Assembly: GCA_965223265.1 (NCBI GenBank)
Contig: OZ244999.1
Coordinates: forward strand, 992,001-1,056,000
Direction of reading: 5' to 3'
From: Planctomycetota bacterium
GTDB taxonomy: Bacteria > Planctomycetota > UBA8108 > SXIK01
Length of the DNA stretch: 64,000 nt
Shown: positions 10,955 to 22,979 of the stretch, one piece after another
How the letters are laid out: every line of letters begins with the position of its first letter
Position numbering within the stretch: the stretch's first letter is position 1
The notes under the pieces: generated by a model
What the model saw: only the letters and a program-made list of their open reading frames with translations
Databases searched by the model: none
Told to the model about the DNA's origin: nothing
Position numbers and translations under genes: made by a program

Positions 10955-11941
10955 ATGGTCGGCATGCGTTTTGATCAGCCTTCTGCACGCAGGGAGCGAC
11001 CTGCCCCGCCCATTCTTTGGGGGGCGGTGGTGCTCGTCTTGTTCGCGCTCACCTTCGGCGCTCTTTTGGTGAGCCGACCGTGGGAGCGCTTCTTGATCGT
11101 CGAGGAACCGGTAGCCGACCTGCGGCTTGCGGCAGAACTTGACCTACCGCAGCCGCTCGAACCCCAGGCACCGCTTTCCTACTCGGAGAGTCCTGATCTT
11201 CTCGCTGACGTGGCGGCCAGCGATCGCACGGACGTCCTCCACGAGAGGGGGATCGCGCATTTTATCCAGAGGATCCGCACCGGCAGCGACGCGGACGACG
11301 AGGTGGCGCTGCGCGTCCCCGAAGACGACGGCACCTGGGCGCGCCTCATCGACGACCCGAGCGCGTATCGTGGCAAGCTCGTCGAGGTCGAGGGTTTCTT
11401 GGTGGCTGCCCACCCGCATCGTTTCCCACTCCTACTGACTGGGCTCGAGTACCCGAATCCCAGCGGTCTTGATCGTTTCCACAGATCCTATCTGTACGGA
11501 TCCGATGGGAAGTACTATCTTGTGGCGACGTTCGACGATCCGAGCGAGCTAGAACATCGCGACGACGTCCGTGTTCGCGCCTACTTTTTGCAGCTGTACA
11601 CCAACGAAATCGAGCACCAAGGCCAGATCATGCTTGGCACCGTGCCTTTCCTTGTCGGTCGGAGTTTTGAGCCTCGGCGGCGTCCAGCCGCGACCGCGCC
11701 GATCGATCTTTGGACGGCGCTGGGGATTGGCGTGCCGTTGATCGCGTTTGCGGTCTTCGTCGGCCTCTGGCTTGGTCGTGACCACAGGCGGGCGCAACGG
11801 CGGCGCGTGCGGAAGCAGCGTGGCAAAGAGGTGACGTCGTACCAGGGGACGGCCGACGCCGCCGGTGCCCCTCGCACGCCGTTGGCTCCAGCGAGGCGCA
11901 ACGTTGAAAAAGACCACTCTGACCGGCGTGAGGAGAGCTGA
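10955..11941 (+). CDS. Hypothetical membrane protein (N- and C-terminal TM helices)
   Basis: Long ORF between lpxB and aroB with two hydrophobic segments and a basic tail. Start is uncertain. Confidence 0.7.
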   Translation: MVGMRFDQPSARRERPAPPILWGAVVLVLFALTFGALLVSRPWERFLIVEEPVADLRLAAELDLPQPLEPQAPLSYSESPDLLADVAASDRTDVLHERGIAHFIQRIRTGSDADDEVALRVPEDDGTWARLIDDPSAYRGKLVEVEGFLVAAHPHRFPLLLTGLEYPNPSGLDRFHRSYLYGSDGKYYLVATFDDPSELEHRDDVRVRAYFLQLYTNEIEHQGQIMLGTVPFLVGRSFEPRRRPAATAPIDLWTALGIGVPLIAFAVFVGLWLGRDHRRAQRRRVRKQRGKEVTSYQGTADAAGAPRTPLAPARRNVEKDHSDRREES

Positions 11942-11949
11942 GCCGACAC

Positions 11950-13110
11950 ATGCGACTCCGACGCGTCGAGGTCGAAGCGCCGCAGGCAAAGTATCCGGTC
12001 GTCATCGGTGCCGGCGCCCGGGCGCGGCTCGTCAAGGAAATCGTTGCCCACGGATCCCCATCGCGGCTTCACCTCATCACCGACGAGACGGTCGACCGTC
12101 GTCACGGGCGTGAGCTGGTGAGGCATCTCGAGTCGGCGGGTATCCCGCTTGCCGTCAGTCGAGTCCCCGCCGGAGAACAGTCCAAGTCGCCGCGCCAGTT
12201 AACGCGCCTCTGGCGCGACATGCTGCGGGCTGGGTGTGATCGGCGCGCCTGCGTTGTGGCGTTCGGTGGCGGAGTTGTCGGTGACCTCGCCGGCTTTACG
12301 GCCGCGAGTGTCCTACGTGGCATCGATTTCGTTCAAGTGCCGACGACTTTATTGGCTATGGTCGACGCTTCGGTGGGGGGGAAGACAGGTATCAATCTGC
12401 CGGAAGGCAAGAACCTCGTCGGCGCGTTTCACCAGCCTCGAGCGGTCGTCATGGACCTCGACTATCTGGGGACGCTGTCAGCGCGTCAATTCCGTGCTGG
12501 CTGCGCGGAGGTCGTCAAGACTGCGGCGATTTGGAAGGCGAGTTTCTTCCGGGAGCTCGAGGCACGGACGGGCGATCTGCTGGCGCGTGAGCCGAAGCTC
12601 CTCGCCAGGGTCGTCAGCGAGTGCGTGCGCATTAAGGCTGCTGTGGTGGCTGCAGACGAACGCGAAGCGCGCCTTCGTATGATCCTCAATTTCGGTCATA
12701 CGTTCGGTCATGCGCTTGAAGCCGCCGGGCGCTATCGAGATCTGCTGCACGGCGAGGCTGTCGCCATCGGCATGATTTTCGCCGCGCGCCTTGGCGAGCG
12801 GCTTGAGGTTTCGAGCCGCGGCACAGCCGAGCGGCTGCGCGACGTGCTGCGGGGCTTCAAATTGCCGGTCGCCGGGCCGAAATACAGTCTGCAGTCAATT
12901 CTTCGCTCCATGCTCAAGGATAAGAAGCGAGGTGCCGACGGACTGCGATGGGTGTTGCTGCCGCGTATCGGCAAGGCAGAGATTATCGAAAACGTATCGA
13001 TGGACATTGTCCGCGAGGAGGCGCAGCGCTTTTTGGGACGACCGGCGCGCGCTAAGGGACGCGGCAGGCAGGCCACGCGGAGCGGTACTTCGCGGCGGTC
13101 GAAGCAATGA
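11950..13110 (+). CDS. aroB: 3-dehydroquinate synthase
   Basis: GGGVVGDLAGF, PTTLLAMVDASVGGKTG, KNLVGAFHQP, LNFGHTFGHALE, HGEAVAIG. Confidence 0.96.
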   Translation: MRLRRVEVEAPQAKYPVVIGAGARARLVKEIVAHGSPSRLHLITDETVDRRHGRELVRHLESAGIPLAVSRVPAGEQSKSPRQLTRLWRDMLRAGCDRRACVVAFGGGVVGDLAGFTAASVLRGIDFVQVPTTLLAMVDASVGGKTGINLPEGKNLVGAFHQPRAVVMDLDYLGTLSARQFRAGCAEVVKTAAIWKASFFRELEARTGDLLAREPKLLARVVSECVRIKAAVVAADEREARLRMILNFGHTFGHALEAAGRYRDLLHGEAVAIGMIFAARLGERLEVSSRGTAERLRDVLRGFKLPVAGPKYSLQSILRSMLKDKKRGADGLRWVLLPRIGKAEIIENVSMDIVREEAQRFLGRPARAKGRGRQATRSGTSRRSKQ

Positions 13111-13931
13111 CTCTGCCGCGCGACGAGATCAAAGATCACAATCAGGGGAACCACGTCATGTCAAGCAGGACGGGACGAATGCGAGTAGACGGCAAACAGG
13201 TTATGCTAGGCCGCGAGTGGCCGCGAGTGAGTCGGTGTGTTGGGCTTTTGCTGGGCGTGCTTTGCGGCGCTTGCGATCAAGCGGCAGAGAATGGCGCCAC
13301 GGAGGCCGTACCCAGGGCGGCTCACCCGGCCATGCACGCGCAGGTACAGGAAAACCTTGGGCTTGGGCAGATGCCTCCTGGTCATCCACCAGTGACCTCG
13401 ACGCAGCCTTCCGGCGCGCCGCCAACTTCAGCCGCTGGCGGCGCGGCGACCGCCGAATCCATTCTCGCCCGCCTGCACGAATTCGGCCTGACGACGACGT
13501 TCGACCCTGGCTGGCGTCTGGAAGCCGGCACATCCATGCGCCTGGCGACGATCCGTCTGCCACGTGTCGATGGGGATGCGGACGACGGTGAGATGTCGAT
13601 CATCCCTGCGCGTGGGAGTATCGACGACAACATACGGCGCTGGGAGGGACAATTCTCAGATCAGCCGACTGCGCAGCGATCTGACGTCCAGTCGAGTGCC
13701 GGGGTGAACGTCACCGTCGTTGAGATCGAGGGCACGTTCAATCCGTCGACAGGACCCATGATGCGCGGCACGTCGACGCCGAAGCCAGGAACCATGCTGC
13801 TCGGCGCTGTTGTGCAGAGTCCGGGCCGCGCGGACTTGGTCTTCTTCAAGGCATGGGGGCCGAAGAACACGATGCAGAAGTGGCGTCCGTCCTTCGAAGC
13901 GATGGTGCAAGCTTTCGCCCCAGCGCGGTGA
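13107..13931 (+). CDS. Hypothetical exported protein/lipoprotein
   Basis: Hydrophobic segment ending in GAC, MPPGHPP motif, NIRRWEGQF and FFKAWGP motifs reminiscent of a planctomycete family. Start is uncertain. Confidence 0.65.
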   Translation: MTLPRDEIKDHNQGNHVMSSRTGRMRVDGKQVMLGREWPRVSRCVGLLLGVLCGACDQAAENGATEAVPRAAHPAMHAQVQENLGLGQMPPGHPPVTSTQPSGAPPTSAAGGAATAESILARLHEFGLTTTFDPGWRLEAGTSMRLATIRLPRVDGDADDGEMSIIPARGSIDDNIRRWEGQFSDQPTAQRSDVQSSAGVNVTVVEIEGTFNPSTGPMMRGTSTPKPGTMLLGAVVQSPGRADLVFFKAWGPKNTMQKWRPSFEAMVQAFAPAR

Positions 13932-14064
13932 AGGTTGAGTTTCGTTGTGTTTCGCGACGGTTGTGTTCGGTGACGGTTGTGTCGTGATAATTGCGTCGTG
14001 ACAATTGCGCGCCGTCATCATTCCGTGCAGTCAGAATTAGAATCTCAGCGAAGGATGTGCGACG

Positions 14065-14101
14065 AAAAACGGCCTTTGCAAGTTAGACTCACAAAGGCCG
14101 T
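14065..14101 (-). terminator. Intrinsic terminator after tRNA-Val
   Basis: Stem acggcctttg/caaaggccgt followed by a T run on the minus strand. Confidence 0.7.
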
Positions 14102-14105
14102 CTGC

Positions 14106-14181
14106 TGGTGGGCGATAGAGGATTTGAACCTCTGACTTCTACCGTGTGAAGGTAGCACTCTAGCCACTGAGTTAATCGCCC
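14106..14181 (-). tRNA. tRNA-Val(CAC)
   Basis: GGGCGAT acceptor stem, anticodon arm CTACC-TTCACAC-GGTAG, GGTTCAAATCC, encoded CCA. Confidence 0.97.
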
Positions 14182-14283
14182 ATAGGTCGTCGCGCGTAAG
14201 GCATAGAAGAGGAAGCGATTGCGTGCCTTACGTACGATCTCGCTCTTCGGGGGCACAGTTTAGCACCGACAAAAGGATTTTGA

Positions 14284-15126
14284 ATGACAAATTTCCGGCT
14301 CCTTGCCGTCGACATTGACGGTACCCTCGTCAACGATCAGAAGGCAATTCCGGACGTCAATCGCGCGGCGCTGCGCAGTGCGATTGAGGCGGGCATGTTG
14401 TTTGCGATCGCCTCAGGTCGCATGATTCCGAGCATCGAGCCGATCGCCGAGAAGCTCGGGCTCGACCCGATCATCATCGCCTACAACGGAGGTAAGGTGA
14501 TCGCGCCGCGAAGCGAGGGGCGAGTGGTCATTCGCCATGCGCCGATCTCGCCTGACGTCGCCGAGATCTTCATCCGCCTTTCCAAGGACGAAGGATACCT
14601 GCTCAATTTTTACCTCGACGACGAGGTGTACGCCGAGGACGGGCCGTCGCGGCGTCCGTTCATCGACATCTACAGCCGACGAACAGGCGCAAAGTACAAT
14701 CTCGAATCGGATCTTGGACGATTCGTTGGTCAATCGCCTACCAAGTTGATCCTGCTTGCAGCCGAGGAGGAGCGCGATCGACTCTACGCGCGTTTTCGCG
14801 AAGAGCTCGCGGGCCGGGCGTTCGTCACGCGCTCGGATCCCGAGTACCTCGAGATCATGGCGCCAGGCGTCGATAAAGGGTCGAGTCTTGCGGCGATGGC
14901 CGAGCACTACGACATTTCAGTGGAAGAGATCGTCGGCGTCGGAGACGCGCAGAACGACCTGGAGCTGGTCCGTAGCGCCGGTCTCGGCGTCGCCGTGGCC
15001 AATGCTAGCGCGGAACTGAAGGACGCAGCGGATGCTGTGACGGAGCGGACGAACAACGAGGGCGCGGTAGCAGAAGTCGTCGAGACTTGGTTTCTTGGCG
15101 GCAAGTCCACAGCGCCGGCCGAATGA
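14284..15126 (+). CDS. Cof-type HAD-IIB hydrolase
   Basis: DIDGTL, ASGR, YNG, LEI..PGVDKG, GDAQND. Confidence 0.92.
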   Translation: MTNFRLLAVDIDGTLVNDQKAIPDVNRAALRSAIEAGMLFAIASGRMIPSIEPIAEKLGLDPIIIAYNGGKVIAPRSEGRVVIRHAPISPDVAEIFIRLSKDEGYLLNFYLDDEVYAEDGPSRRPFIDIYSRRTGAKYNLESDLGRFVGQSPTKLILLAAEEERDRLYARFREELAGRAFVTRSDPEYLEIMAPGVDKGSSLAAMAEHYDISVEEIVGVGDAQNDLELVRSAGLGVAVANASAELKDAADAVTERTNNEGAVAEVVETWFLGGKSTAPAE

Positions 15127-15261
15127 CTTTCTCGGTCTGCCTGCTATACTTTGGGCGGCACTCTGGGCGGAACAGTGGGCGGCGCTTTGGGGCCGTCGTG
15201 CCTTGGGCGTTGTTTCGCGCCGATGTCCAGCTCTGATCACCCAGGTTGAGTTGCTTCGACC

Positions 15262-16269
15262 ATGCATATGGCTTGTCTCATCAGTCGTCCATTCGCGCTG
15301 GCCTTGGGGATCTATATCGTCCTCAATTTGGCGATCACGCTCTTCAACCCGCAGCTGGCGACGACGGAGATTTGGTTGAATCTCGGCATTCCTGAACCGT
15401 TCCAGGCGGCGTTCGCGGGGATCGGTGGTTGGGCTCTTCTTGTGCCGCATAGAGCCGCTGCGTCGACCGGGCTGCGGTGGGCGTTGTGCGGCATACTCTG
15501 CGGATTCTGCGTCCTCGTTGCCGCCGGTGCAGTCAGCTTCTATCACGGCATGGAGCAGGGCGCGTTCGCCACGGATTTTCCGTTCCCCTTGAGTCTACTC
15601 ATTTTTCTGATTCTGCTCTTGGAGTTCTCTCGACTCTGGTGGTGGAGTGCAAAGCCGCCGCGTTTGCCGCCGCCCGCTCGCGTCTTCGTGCAGGTGGTTG
15701 CACTGGTCGTGGCGTTTTTATTGGTGACACTCACTCACGTGGTGAGTTACGGCTCGACGGATTTTCGCCGTACGGCCGATGCCGCAGTCATCTTTGGGGC
15801 GAAAGTCGAGAGCGATGGCACGCCCAGCGCTGCGCTCCGAGATCGTCTCGAGATCGGCGTCTCCCTCTTCCACAAGAAGCTGGTCCGCTACCTGATCATG
15901 ACCGGCGGCATCGACGCCAACGGCAACGTCGAGCCGGCTGTGATGATGGACTACGCGATCGCTCGTGGCGTGCCCGCCGACCGGATTCTGGTCGACGAGA
16001 AGGGCGTGACGACGCTGGCGTCAGCGAAGAACTGTCGTGCGTTCGCCGAAGAGTCAGGTTTCGCGCACTTTCTTGCCGTGACGCAGTACTTTCACTGCGC
16101 CCGCGTCAAGATGCTCTTTCAACGGCAAGGCCTGAGATGCTACACGGTGCCGACATCATCGAGTCTCAATCGCGACGCGTCCGTGCCGGTGAAGCTGTCG
16201 CGCGAGAGCTTCCTTTTGTTTCGCGAGACGATCGCTTTCCCGTACTACTTTCTCTGTTACTGGGCGTGA
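15262..16269 (+). CDS. Membrane protein with C-terminal YdcF/SanA (DUF218) domain
   Basis: About 5 TM helices, then VIFGA...LRDRL...MTGG...E...VTQYFHCAR...RE. Confidence 0.85.
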   Translation: MHMACLISRPFALALGIYIVLNLAITLFNPQLATTEIWLNLGIPEPFQAAFAGIGGWALLVPHRAAASTGLRWALCGILCGFCVLVAAGAVSFYHGMEQGAFATDFPFPLSLLIFLILLLEFSRLWWWSAKPPRLPPPARVFVQVVALVVAFLLVTLTHVVSYGSTDFRRTADAAVIFGAKVESDGTPSAALRDRLEIGVSLFHKKLVRYLIMTGGIDANGNVEPAVMMDYAIARGVPADRILVDEKGVTTLASAKNCRAFAEESGFAHFLAVTQYFHCARVKMLFQRQGLRCYTVPTSSSLNRDASVPVKLSRESFLLFRETIAFPYYFLCYWA

Positions 16270-16880
16270 CGCAGGGCTCGGCGCGAGCGGCGGAGCCAGA
16301 GACAGAAGCAGATACAGATATGTGGAGCCGGATCAGACTCTGAGTACGGATGCCCTACGTCAACGGCGATCGATGGCCGGAGGCGCGGCGAGAGGCTGAT
16401 AAGAAGCGCAGTGAGCAGCGCCCGCTACGAAAGCACTTCGGAGCCTCGCTCAGCGAGTGAGACCGCGGAGAAGAGCTAACGATCGAGGGTCTCGAGAGGA
16501 ACTGAGACGTCTTCGGCCCTGAGATCTCCCCAGGCCACAGTGATTCGCAGGGCGGTCTCGACCTCCCGGGCACTGCCGCGCGCAACGCGATAGAGATGAA
16601 GTCGGTCTTTCCCGGAGCGCTCGGCACCCGAGCCGCCGAATTCGAAGCAATGGAGCCCGCAAGTCGCGAATCAAACCAAGACTGACATCGAGAGCGATGA
16701 AGCGCATGAGAAGCCTCCGCAAAGGTGAGTCAAGAGCCCGCCGCATCCGGGCGGCGGTACCCCACGACGCGGAGCGGAGGAACTGTCAAGGGCGCGCAGC
16801 GCCGAGCGCAGCGAGGGCACCCTTGACAGTTCCGAGCACCGCGTAAGCTCGACAAGGCCGCCGCCGTGCGGTGACCCCAA

Positions 16881-17115
16881 CCCACACGGACTCCCACACG
16901 GACTCCCACACGGACTCCCACACGGACTCCCACACCCACGGGAACGGCCGACGCGCACGCCGACAAGGCCGGACGGCACACGGCGTGTGCCTGCCACGTT
17001 GAAGAGGCGCGCACCCACTCCCACACGGACTCCCCCTCCCACTCCCCCTCCCACGCCCACGCAAACGCCCACGCAAACGCCCACGCAAACGCCCACGCAA
17101 ACGCAAACGCAAACG
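16881..17115. repeat. Intergenic 12-bp/6-bp tandem repeats
   Basis: cccacacggact x~4.5 (16881-16935) and cccacgcaaacg-type units decaying to gcaaac (about 17055-17115). Confidence 0.85.
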
Positions 17116-17168
17116 ACCGCCTAGTCGAAAGCGACGATCACTCGGGGCCAGAGATGGCGGCGCAGCGC

Positions 17169-18020
17169 TCAAGCGCTGGCGCGCACTGTGTTGATCAGCT
17201 TCTCGAGTTTCTGCCCGTACTCGACGTAGGTGTCGAACGCTCGCTGTGGATCCACGGCCTCTTGTCCGAGATGAATGACACTGGTGATGTGAGGCTCGAT
17301 GGAGAACCCTCCGTCGTAGCCCCGCGCTAGGAGGTCGGAGATGATTTCGCGGACGTATCCCTTGCCCTCACCGGGAAACACGGCTTTTTCTTTGCCGTCG
17401 TCGCCGACGATGTAGTCCTTGATGTGGACGTAGACGACGTGGTCGCGCACACCTTGGTAGTACTCCCAGGCGTCTTGCTTGTAGGGAATCGGATTGCCGG
17501 TATCAAAAACCAGCTTGAGATGCTCTGAGCCGACGTCGCTGAGGAGATCGAGCGTCTGCTGGGGGCCTTGGCCGCCCCAGCCGTTACAGTTTTCGTGCAC
17601 CAGGGTGACGCCGCCGTCGGCTGCCATCTGCGCAAGTTCACGCATGCGCTGGACCGTGGCGCGGCGCCAGTCGGCATCCGAGAGCTCGGGGGTTGCATTT
17701 GGGTAGCTCATGCAGCGAATGAAAGGCGTGCCGAGTTTCTGCATGCGGGGAATCGCTCGGGTCAGCTCCGCCACGTCGACATCAAACGGAGAGTCGATCG
17801 GCCGCGCCCAATTGGCAAGCTGGGCCGCGAAGCATGACACACTGATCCCTGCCGCGGCTAGCTGATCGCAGACTTTGCCGAAGTCAAGGTCGCTCAAATC
17901 CGTAAGGTTCGTTCCTTCGATCATGCGCAGCTCGATGGACTGCCAACCGAGCTTCTTGTGGGCTTCCAGTTGCCGCGCTAGTTCAGGCGCCGCTTCGTCG
18001 GCGATTCCGGAGAGGAACAT
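17169..18020 (-). CDS. Sugar phosphate isomerase/epimerase (xylose isomerase-like TIM barrel)
   Basis: GIADE, HEN, VFDTGN, VHIKD, SIEPH metal-binding motifs. Confidence 0.88.
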   Translation of the reverse strand: MFLSGIADEAAPELARQLEAHKKLGWQSIELRMIEGTNLTDLSDLDFGKVCDQLAAAGISVSCFAAQLANWARPIDSPFDVDVAELTRAIPRMQKLGTPFIRCMSYPNATPELSDADWRRATVQRMRELAQMAADGGVTLVHENCNGWGGQGPQQTLDLLSDVGSEHLKLVFDTGNPIPYKQDAWEYYQGVRDHVVYVHIKDYIVGDDGKEKAVFPGEGKGYVREIISDLLARGYDGGFSIEPHITSVIHLGQEAVDPQRAFDTYVEYGQKLEKLINTVRASA

Positions 18021-18057
18021 GAGAGACTCCTATCGTTCGGGACATTTCACGCAGCGT

Positions 18058-19476
<1,419 letters not shown>

Positions 19477-19523
19477 AGTGAAAGTCTTCCTCCCAGGCGT
19501 TGGCGTCGCGAGGCACCAAGTGG

Positions 19524-20471
19524 CTATGCGTCAGGCTTTTGCGGACGCCCGAAGAATTTCGGTGGTTGGTCTAGCGTGTACACACGTGTTTCTGAGGCGA
19601 TTTCCTCACGAACGTGGCGTGCCGTCTGTAGAAGTCCGAGGAGTGTCTGTCCGTCCAAGAAGCGAAAGCCGCCGGTCGTGCTTTCCGCCAAGTGCGCGTC
19701 GACCGTCGCTGGATCCGGCCTCGGGTCGATCGCCACGTCGGAGGCGAGAGCAAAGCCCCACGGCTGGCCATACGACGGTACGAACGAACTGTAGGAGTGC
19801 ACGTTTTCGAAGACAGTTTCAAGCGTCTTGCAGAGACGAGCGTGCGGTTTTAGCTCCATCGGCGACGTCGGCCCTGCCTGGAGGACGAAGTAGCCGCCCG
19901 GCGCCAAGGCCCGTTGCGCCCGTTCGAAGTACTCCCTGGTGAACAGACGGTACGACGGGCCTTCCTCGATCGGATCCGACAGATCGGAGATCACGACGTC
20001 CCATTCGGGCTTGGCGCTATCGAGAAAGGCGACGGCATCGCCGATGACAAGCTCCGTGCGCTGGTCGTCAAAGGCGCCTTGATGCATCTCTGGCAGGTGC
20101 TCCTTGCAGGCCGCAACGACTTCGCCGTCGATATCGACCATCGTGACGCGCTCGACGCCGCGCCAACGCAGCACCTCGCGCACTGTGGCGCCTTCGCCGC
20201 CGCCAAGAATCAGTACGCGCCGCGGCGCTCCATGTTGAAGCGCGGCGACATGAACCAGCGGTTCGTGGTAGAGGAACTCATCGGAGACGCACGACTGCCA
20301 TTTCCCGTCCAAGACGAGCCCTTTGCCGTAGGCGCCGCTCTCGACGATGTACATGTCCTGAAAGTCGGTCCTACGGTGAGCATAGATGCGCACGATCCCG
20401 TGGGCCATGCTCGTCCACGGGTTGAGATATTCTGTGATCCACAAGTCCGCATTGACGTTCGCGCCCGGCAT
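19524..20471 (-). CDS. speE: Spermidine synthase (polyamine aminopropyltransferase)
   Basis: [41 protein letters not shown]. Confidence 0.92.
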   Translation of the reverse strand: MPGANVNADLWITEYLNPWTSMAHGIVRIYAHRRTDFQDMYIVESGAYGKGLVLDGKWQSCVSDEFLYHEPLVHVAALQHGAPRRVLILGGGEGATVREVLRWRGVERVTMVDIDGEVVAACKEHLPEMHQGAFDDQRTELVIGDAVAFLDSAKPEWDVVISDLSDPIEEGPSYRLFTREYFERAQRALAPGGYFVLQAGPTSPMELKPHARLCKTLETVFENVHSYSSFVPSYGQPWGFALASDVAIDPRPDPATVDAHLAESTTGGFRFLDGQTLLGLLQTARHVREEIASETRVYTLDQPPKFFGRPQKPDA

Positions 20472-20665
20472 TTTAAATTCCTCGCTTTCGGACCGATTCA
20501 ACTTTGGGGTGCATGAAGTAGGTGAGTCGATCGACACGCCTGGTCAAACGTCTCGCCTGGGCGATGCCCACTTCGGAATACGCGACGGCTGCCGGAGCGT
20601 TGTGCGCAACGCCGGCCTTCGCATGTCGCCGAGCGCTCGACCGCAAGATGGCGACGGCGAGGGGG

Positions 20666-21220
20666 CTAGTTCGTCGCCTCTGCCTGCGCCGGCTTGGGTC
20701 CGACCTGTACTGCAGCGGCGGGGTGCTCGCAGGCCAGTGAGGGTAAAGCAGGCTCATCTTCACCCCCTTCGTCATCGCCCTGCTCGTCGGCGCCAAACCG
20801 CGTCGCGACGAGCGCCGGTGGAGCCGCCAAGACCGGCCCACGCTCGATCTTTCTGAGGACGTAGTTGCGTGCTTGGAACGCTTCGATCAAGAATTCGCAC
20901 GCCTTCTCAGGGGTCGTCGTGTCGCCGCAAGTGAAAGTGTCTGCTGCAGCGTAGCCGAGTTCTGGCCACGTGTGAATGGAGATGTGCGACTCTGCCAGCA
21001 AGGCGATGGCGGTGACACCCTGCGGATGAAACTTGTGTGACACTTCATGAAGCAGCGTAGAGCTCGCCGCCGCGGCAGCCCGCCTGACGGATGCACGCAC
21101 ATGGCGGGCACTGTTGAGGAGCGCCTCGGGGCAATCGAAGAGTTCGAGGATGAAGTGGGATCCGACGTGTGCCAACGGCCCAGCCCCACCATAGCCAGAC
21201 GAGGGGAGTCGGCGCTCCAA
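20666..21220 (-). CDS. speD: S-adenosylmethionine decarboxylase proenzyme
   Basis: FHPQGVT, LAESHISIHTWPE (pyruvoyl self-cleavage motif), DTFTCG. Lies upstream of speE; start is uncertain. Confidence 0.92.
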   Translation of the reverse strand: MERRLPSSGYGGAGPLAHVGSHFILELFDCPEALLNSARHVRASVRRAAAAASSTLLHEVSHKFHPQGVTAIALLAESHISIHTWPELGYAAADTFTCGDTTTPEKACEFLIEAFQARNYVLRKIERGPVLAAPPALVATRFGADEQGDDEGGEDEPALPSLACEHPAAAVQVGPKPAQAEATN

Positions 21221-21529
21221 GGAGCCGCCACCAGTGACAATAAGGGAATCGGTTTATAGGGCAAGTTCGCGTGGGCTGCAAGACAGAATTGCGCCCGAAT
21301 TCGCAAAAATGCGCACCAAGCGGTTTGACTTCAGGGTTTTCCCGATTTCGATGTTTGCCGTGCCCTATTTCGATCCGGCGCGAACGATGAGTGGGGCGAC
21401 CCGCTGGTCGGGGAAAAGAACGCCCTGGAATCGACACGCGTCGGCACTAAACTGATCCCCTGAGGCGTGTGAGGCATCGGAATCCTCACAGCCCGTTCGA
21501 GTCAGACTCTTTTGAACGTTTCCGGAAGA

Positions 21530-21793
21530 ATGAAGCTCACCGTTCGTACTCTTGCGATGTTCTCTCTCCTCCACCTCGCGGCGTTGTCGTCTGGTTGCAT
21601 GAGTCTCGAGCACCTCTTCGACTCTGGGCAAAAGCTGCAGATGTATGGCGGAGTCAAGTCCAGTGCGCGCTACATCGGTGACGAGGCCTCGCCGGTCCTG
21701 GGGAGCATCTGGCGGGTTCTCGATATGCCGCTGACTGCGGTGTTTGACACGCTGATCCTGCCGGTGTCAGCGCCGGTCGAACTGACGCGATAG
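21530..21793 (+). CDS. YceK/YidQ-like small lipoprotein
   Basis: Lipobox LSSGC, YGGV, LDMPLTAVFDTLILPV. Confidence 0.8.
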   Translation: MKLTVRTLAMFSLLHLAALSSGCMSLEHLFDSGQKLQMYGGVKSSARYIGDEASPVLGSIWRVLDMPLTAVFDTLILPVSAPVELTR

Positions 21794-21883
21794 TCGGTCG
21801 TTTCGTCGAGTCGGCGCGGTGTGATCGCGGCGTCTCTCCGTGCCGATCTTGTGCAACCGCCGGAGCTTCGTGAGAGGCTGCAG

Positions 21884-21994
21884 TCAGCTGTTGTCGGCCG
21901 TCGACGAGCCCCGCAGCTTCATGTTGAGCATCTCGACGAAGAACGAGAACCCCATGGCGAAGTAGATGTAGCCCTTTGGGATGTGAAGCTCGAG
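21884..21994 (-). pseudogene. 3' remnant of a TerC-family (YgdQ-like) membrane protein gene
   Basis: Translates LELHIPKGYIYFAMGFSFFVEMLNMKLRG...*, the typical TerC/YgdQ C-terminus. The rest of the gene is missing; tRNA-Leu lies 21 bp upstream. Confidence 0.8.
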
Positions 21995-22015
21995 GGTTTG
22001 TGGGCGGGCTTGAAA

Positions 22016-22104
22016 TGGTGCCGAGAGAGGGACTCGAACCCTCACCCGCGATAAAGCGGACTAGGACCTGAACCTAGCGCGTCTGCCAATTCCGCCATCT
22101 CGGC
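22016..22104 (-). tRNA. tRNA-Leu(CAG)
   Basis: GCCGAGA stem, CTAGG-TTCAGGT-CCTAG anticodon arm, long variable arm, GGTTCGAGTCC, CCA. Confidence 0.97.
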
Positions 22105-22366
22105 ACAAGAATCAATCAGCGTCCAAAGTCGGGGCGGTTCCGACTGAGAAGGCAGAGTGTACGCGCTGACTAGCGGCTGTCAACTCCTTTGAAATCGCAC
22201 CGACTGAAATCGCACCGACGCTGACGGCGCGGGCCTCCTGCCTTCAAATTCGAACCGATCCAGTCCTCACCTGCGGGGTGGTCGGAGGCGCTGCATCGTC
22301 CAGTCGAGACCAAAAGTCTGGGAACGTCGCTTCCGGCCCACTTTGTTCTCGCTGTAGAATCCCACC

Positions 22367-22846
22367 ATGGCACGCAAGAAGTCCAAAGAGAAGCCGTCGG
22401 GCGAGAAGCAGTTTCGCAATCGCCGTGCGTTCTACGAGTTTCACTTCGACGAGAAGATCGAGTGCGGCATCGTGCTCTCTGGTTCGGAAGTCAAATCGAT
22501 CCGGGCCGGCAAGATCGATCTTGCCGATAGCTATGCACGCATCGTCGACGGCGAAGTGTTTCTCCTCAAGTGCCACATCTCTGAGTACAAGAACGCAACG
22601 CACTTCACTCACGAGCCGGTGCGTCAGCGGAAGTTGCTACTCCACCGTCGCGAGATCACGAAGCTCCAGCGCAAGGTCGACTCGAAGGGGTACACGCTGA
22701 TTCCGCTACGCGTTTACTTCAACCAGCGTGGCCTCGCCAAGGTCGAACTTGGCCTCGGTCGCGGCAAGAAGCTGCACGACAAGAGGGCAGCGCTCAAGGA
22801 CAAGGACTCACAGCGTGAGGTGCGGCGGGAGTTGTCGCGGTACTGA
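22367..22846 (+). CDS. smpB: SsrA-binding protein
   Basis: NRRAFYEF, GIVLSGSEVKSIR, RKLLLHRREI, GRGKKLHDKR. Confidence 0.97.
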   Translation: MARKKSKEKPSGEKQFRNRRAFYEFHFDEKIECGIVLSGSEVKSIRAGKIDLADSYARIVDGEVFLLKCHISEYKNATHFTHEPVRQRKLLLHRREITKLQRKVDSKGYTLIPLRVYFNQRGLAKVELGLGRGKKLHDKRAALKDKDSQREVRRELSRY

Positions 22847-22979
22847 GCGCGGCGTTGATGCTGGTTTCGCCGAGTCGTGCACTTCGTCGAACGCCCGACG
22901 ACTCGGTGTTGAGCACGACGTGCCGCGCCCTTGAAGCGTCCCGCGTCGAGTCTTTTTCTCGCGCTGAGACTCGCTCCCA

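Noticed and set aside
16671-17172. Repeat-rich ORFs (GVCV, GSPC, RGRL)
   Set aside because: Frames are open only because of the tandem repeats. This is not a CRISPR array either, since there are no unique spacers.
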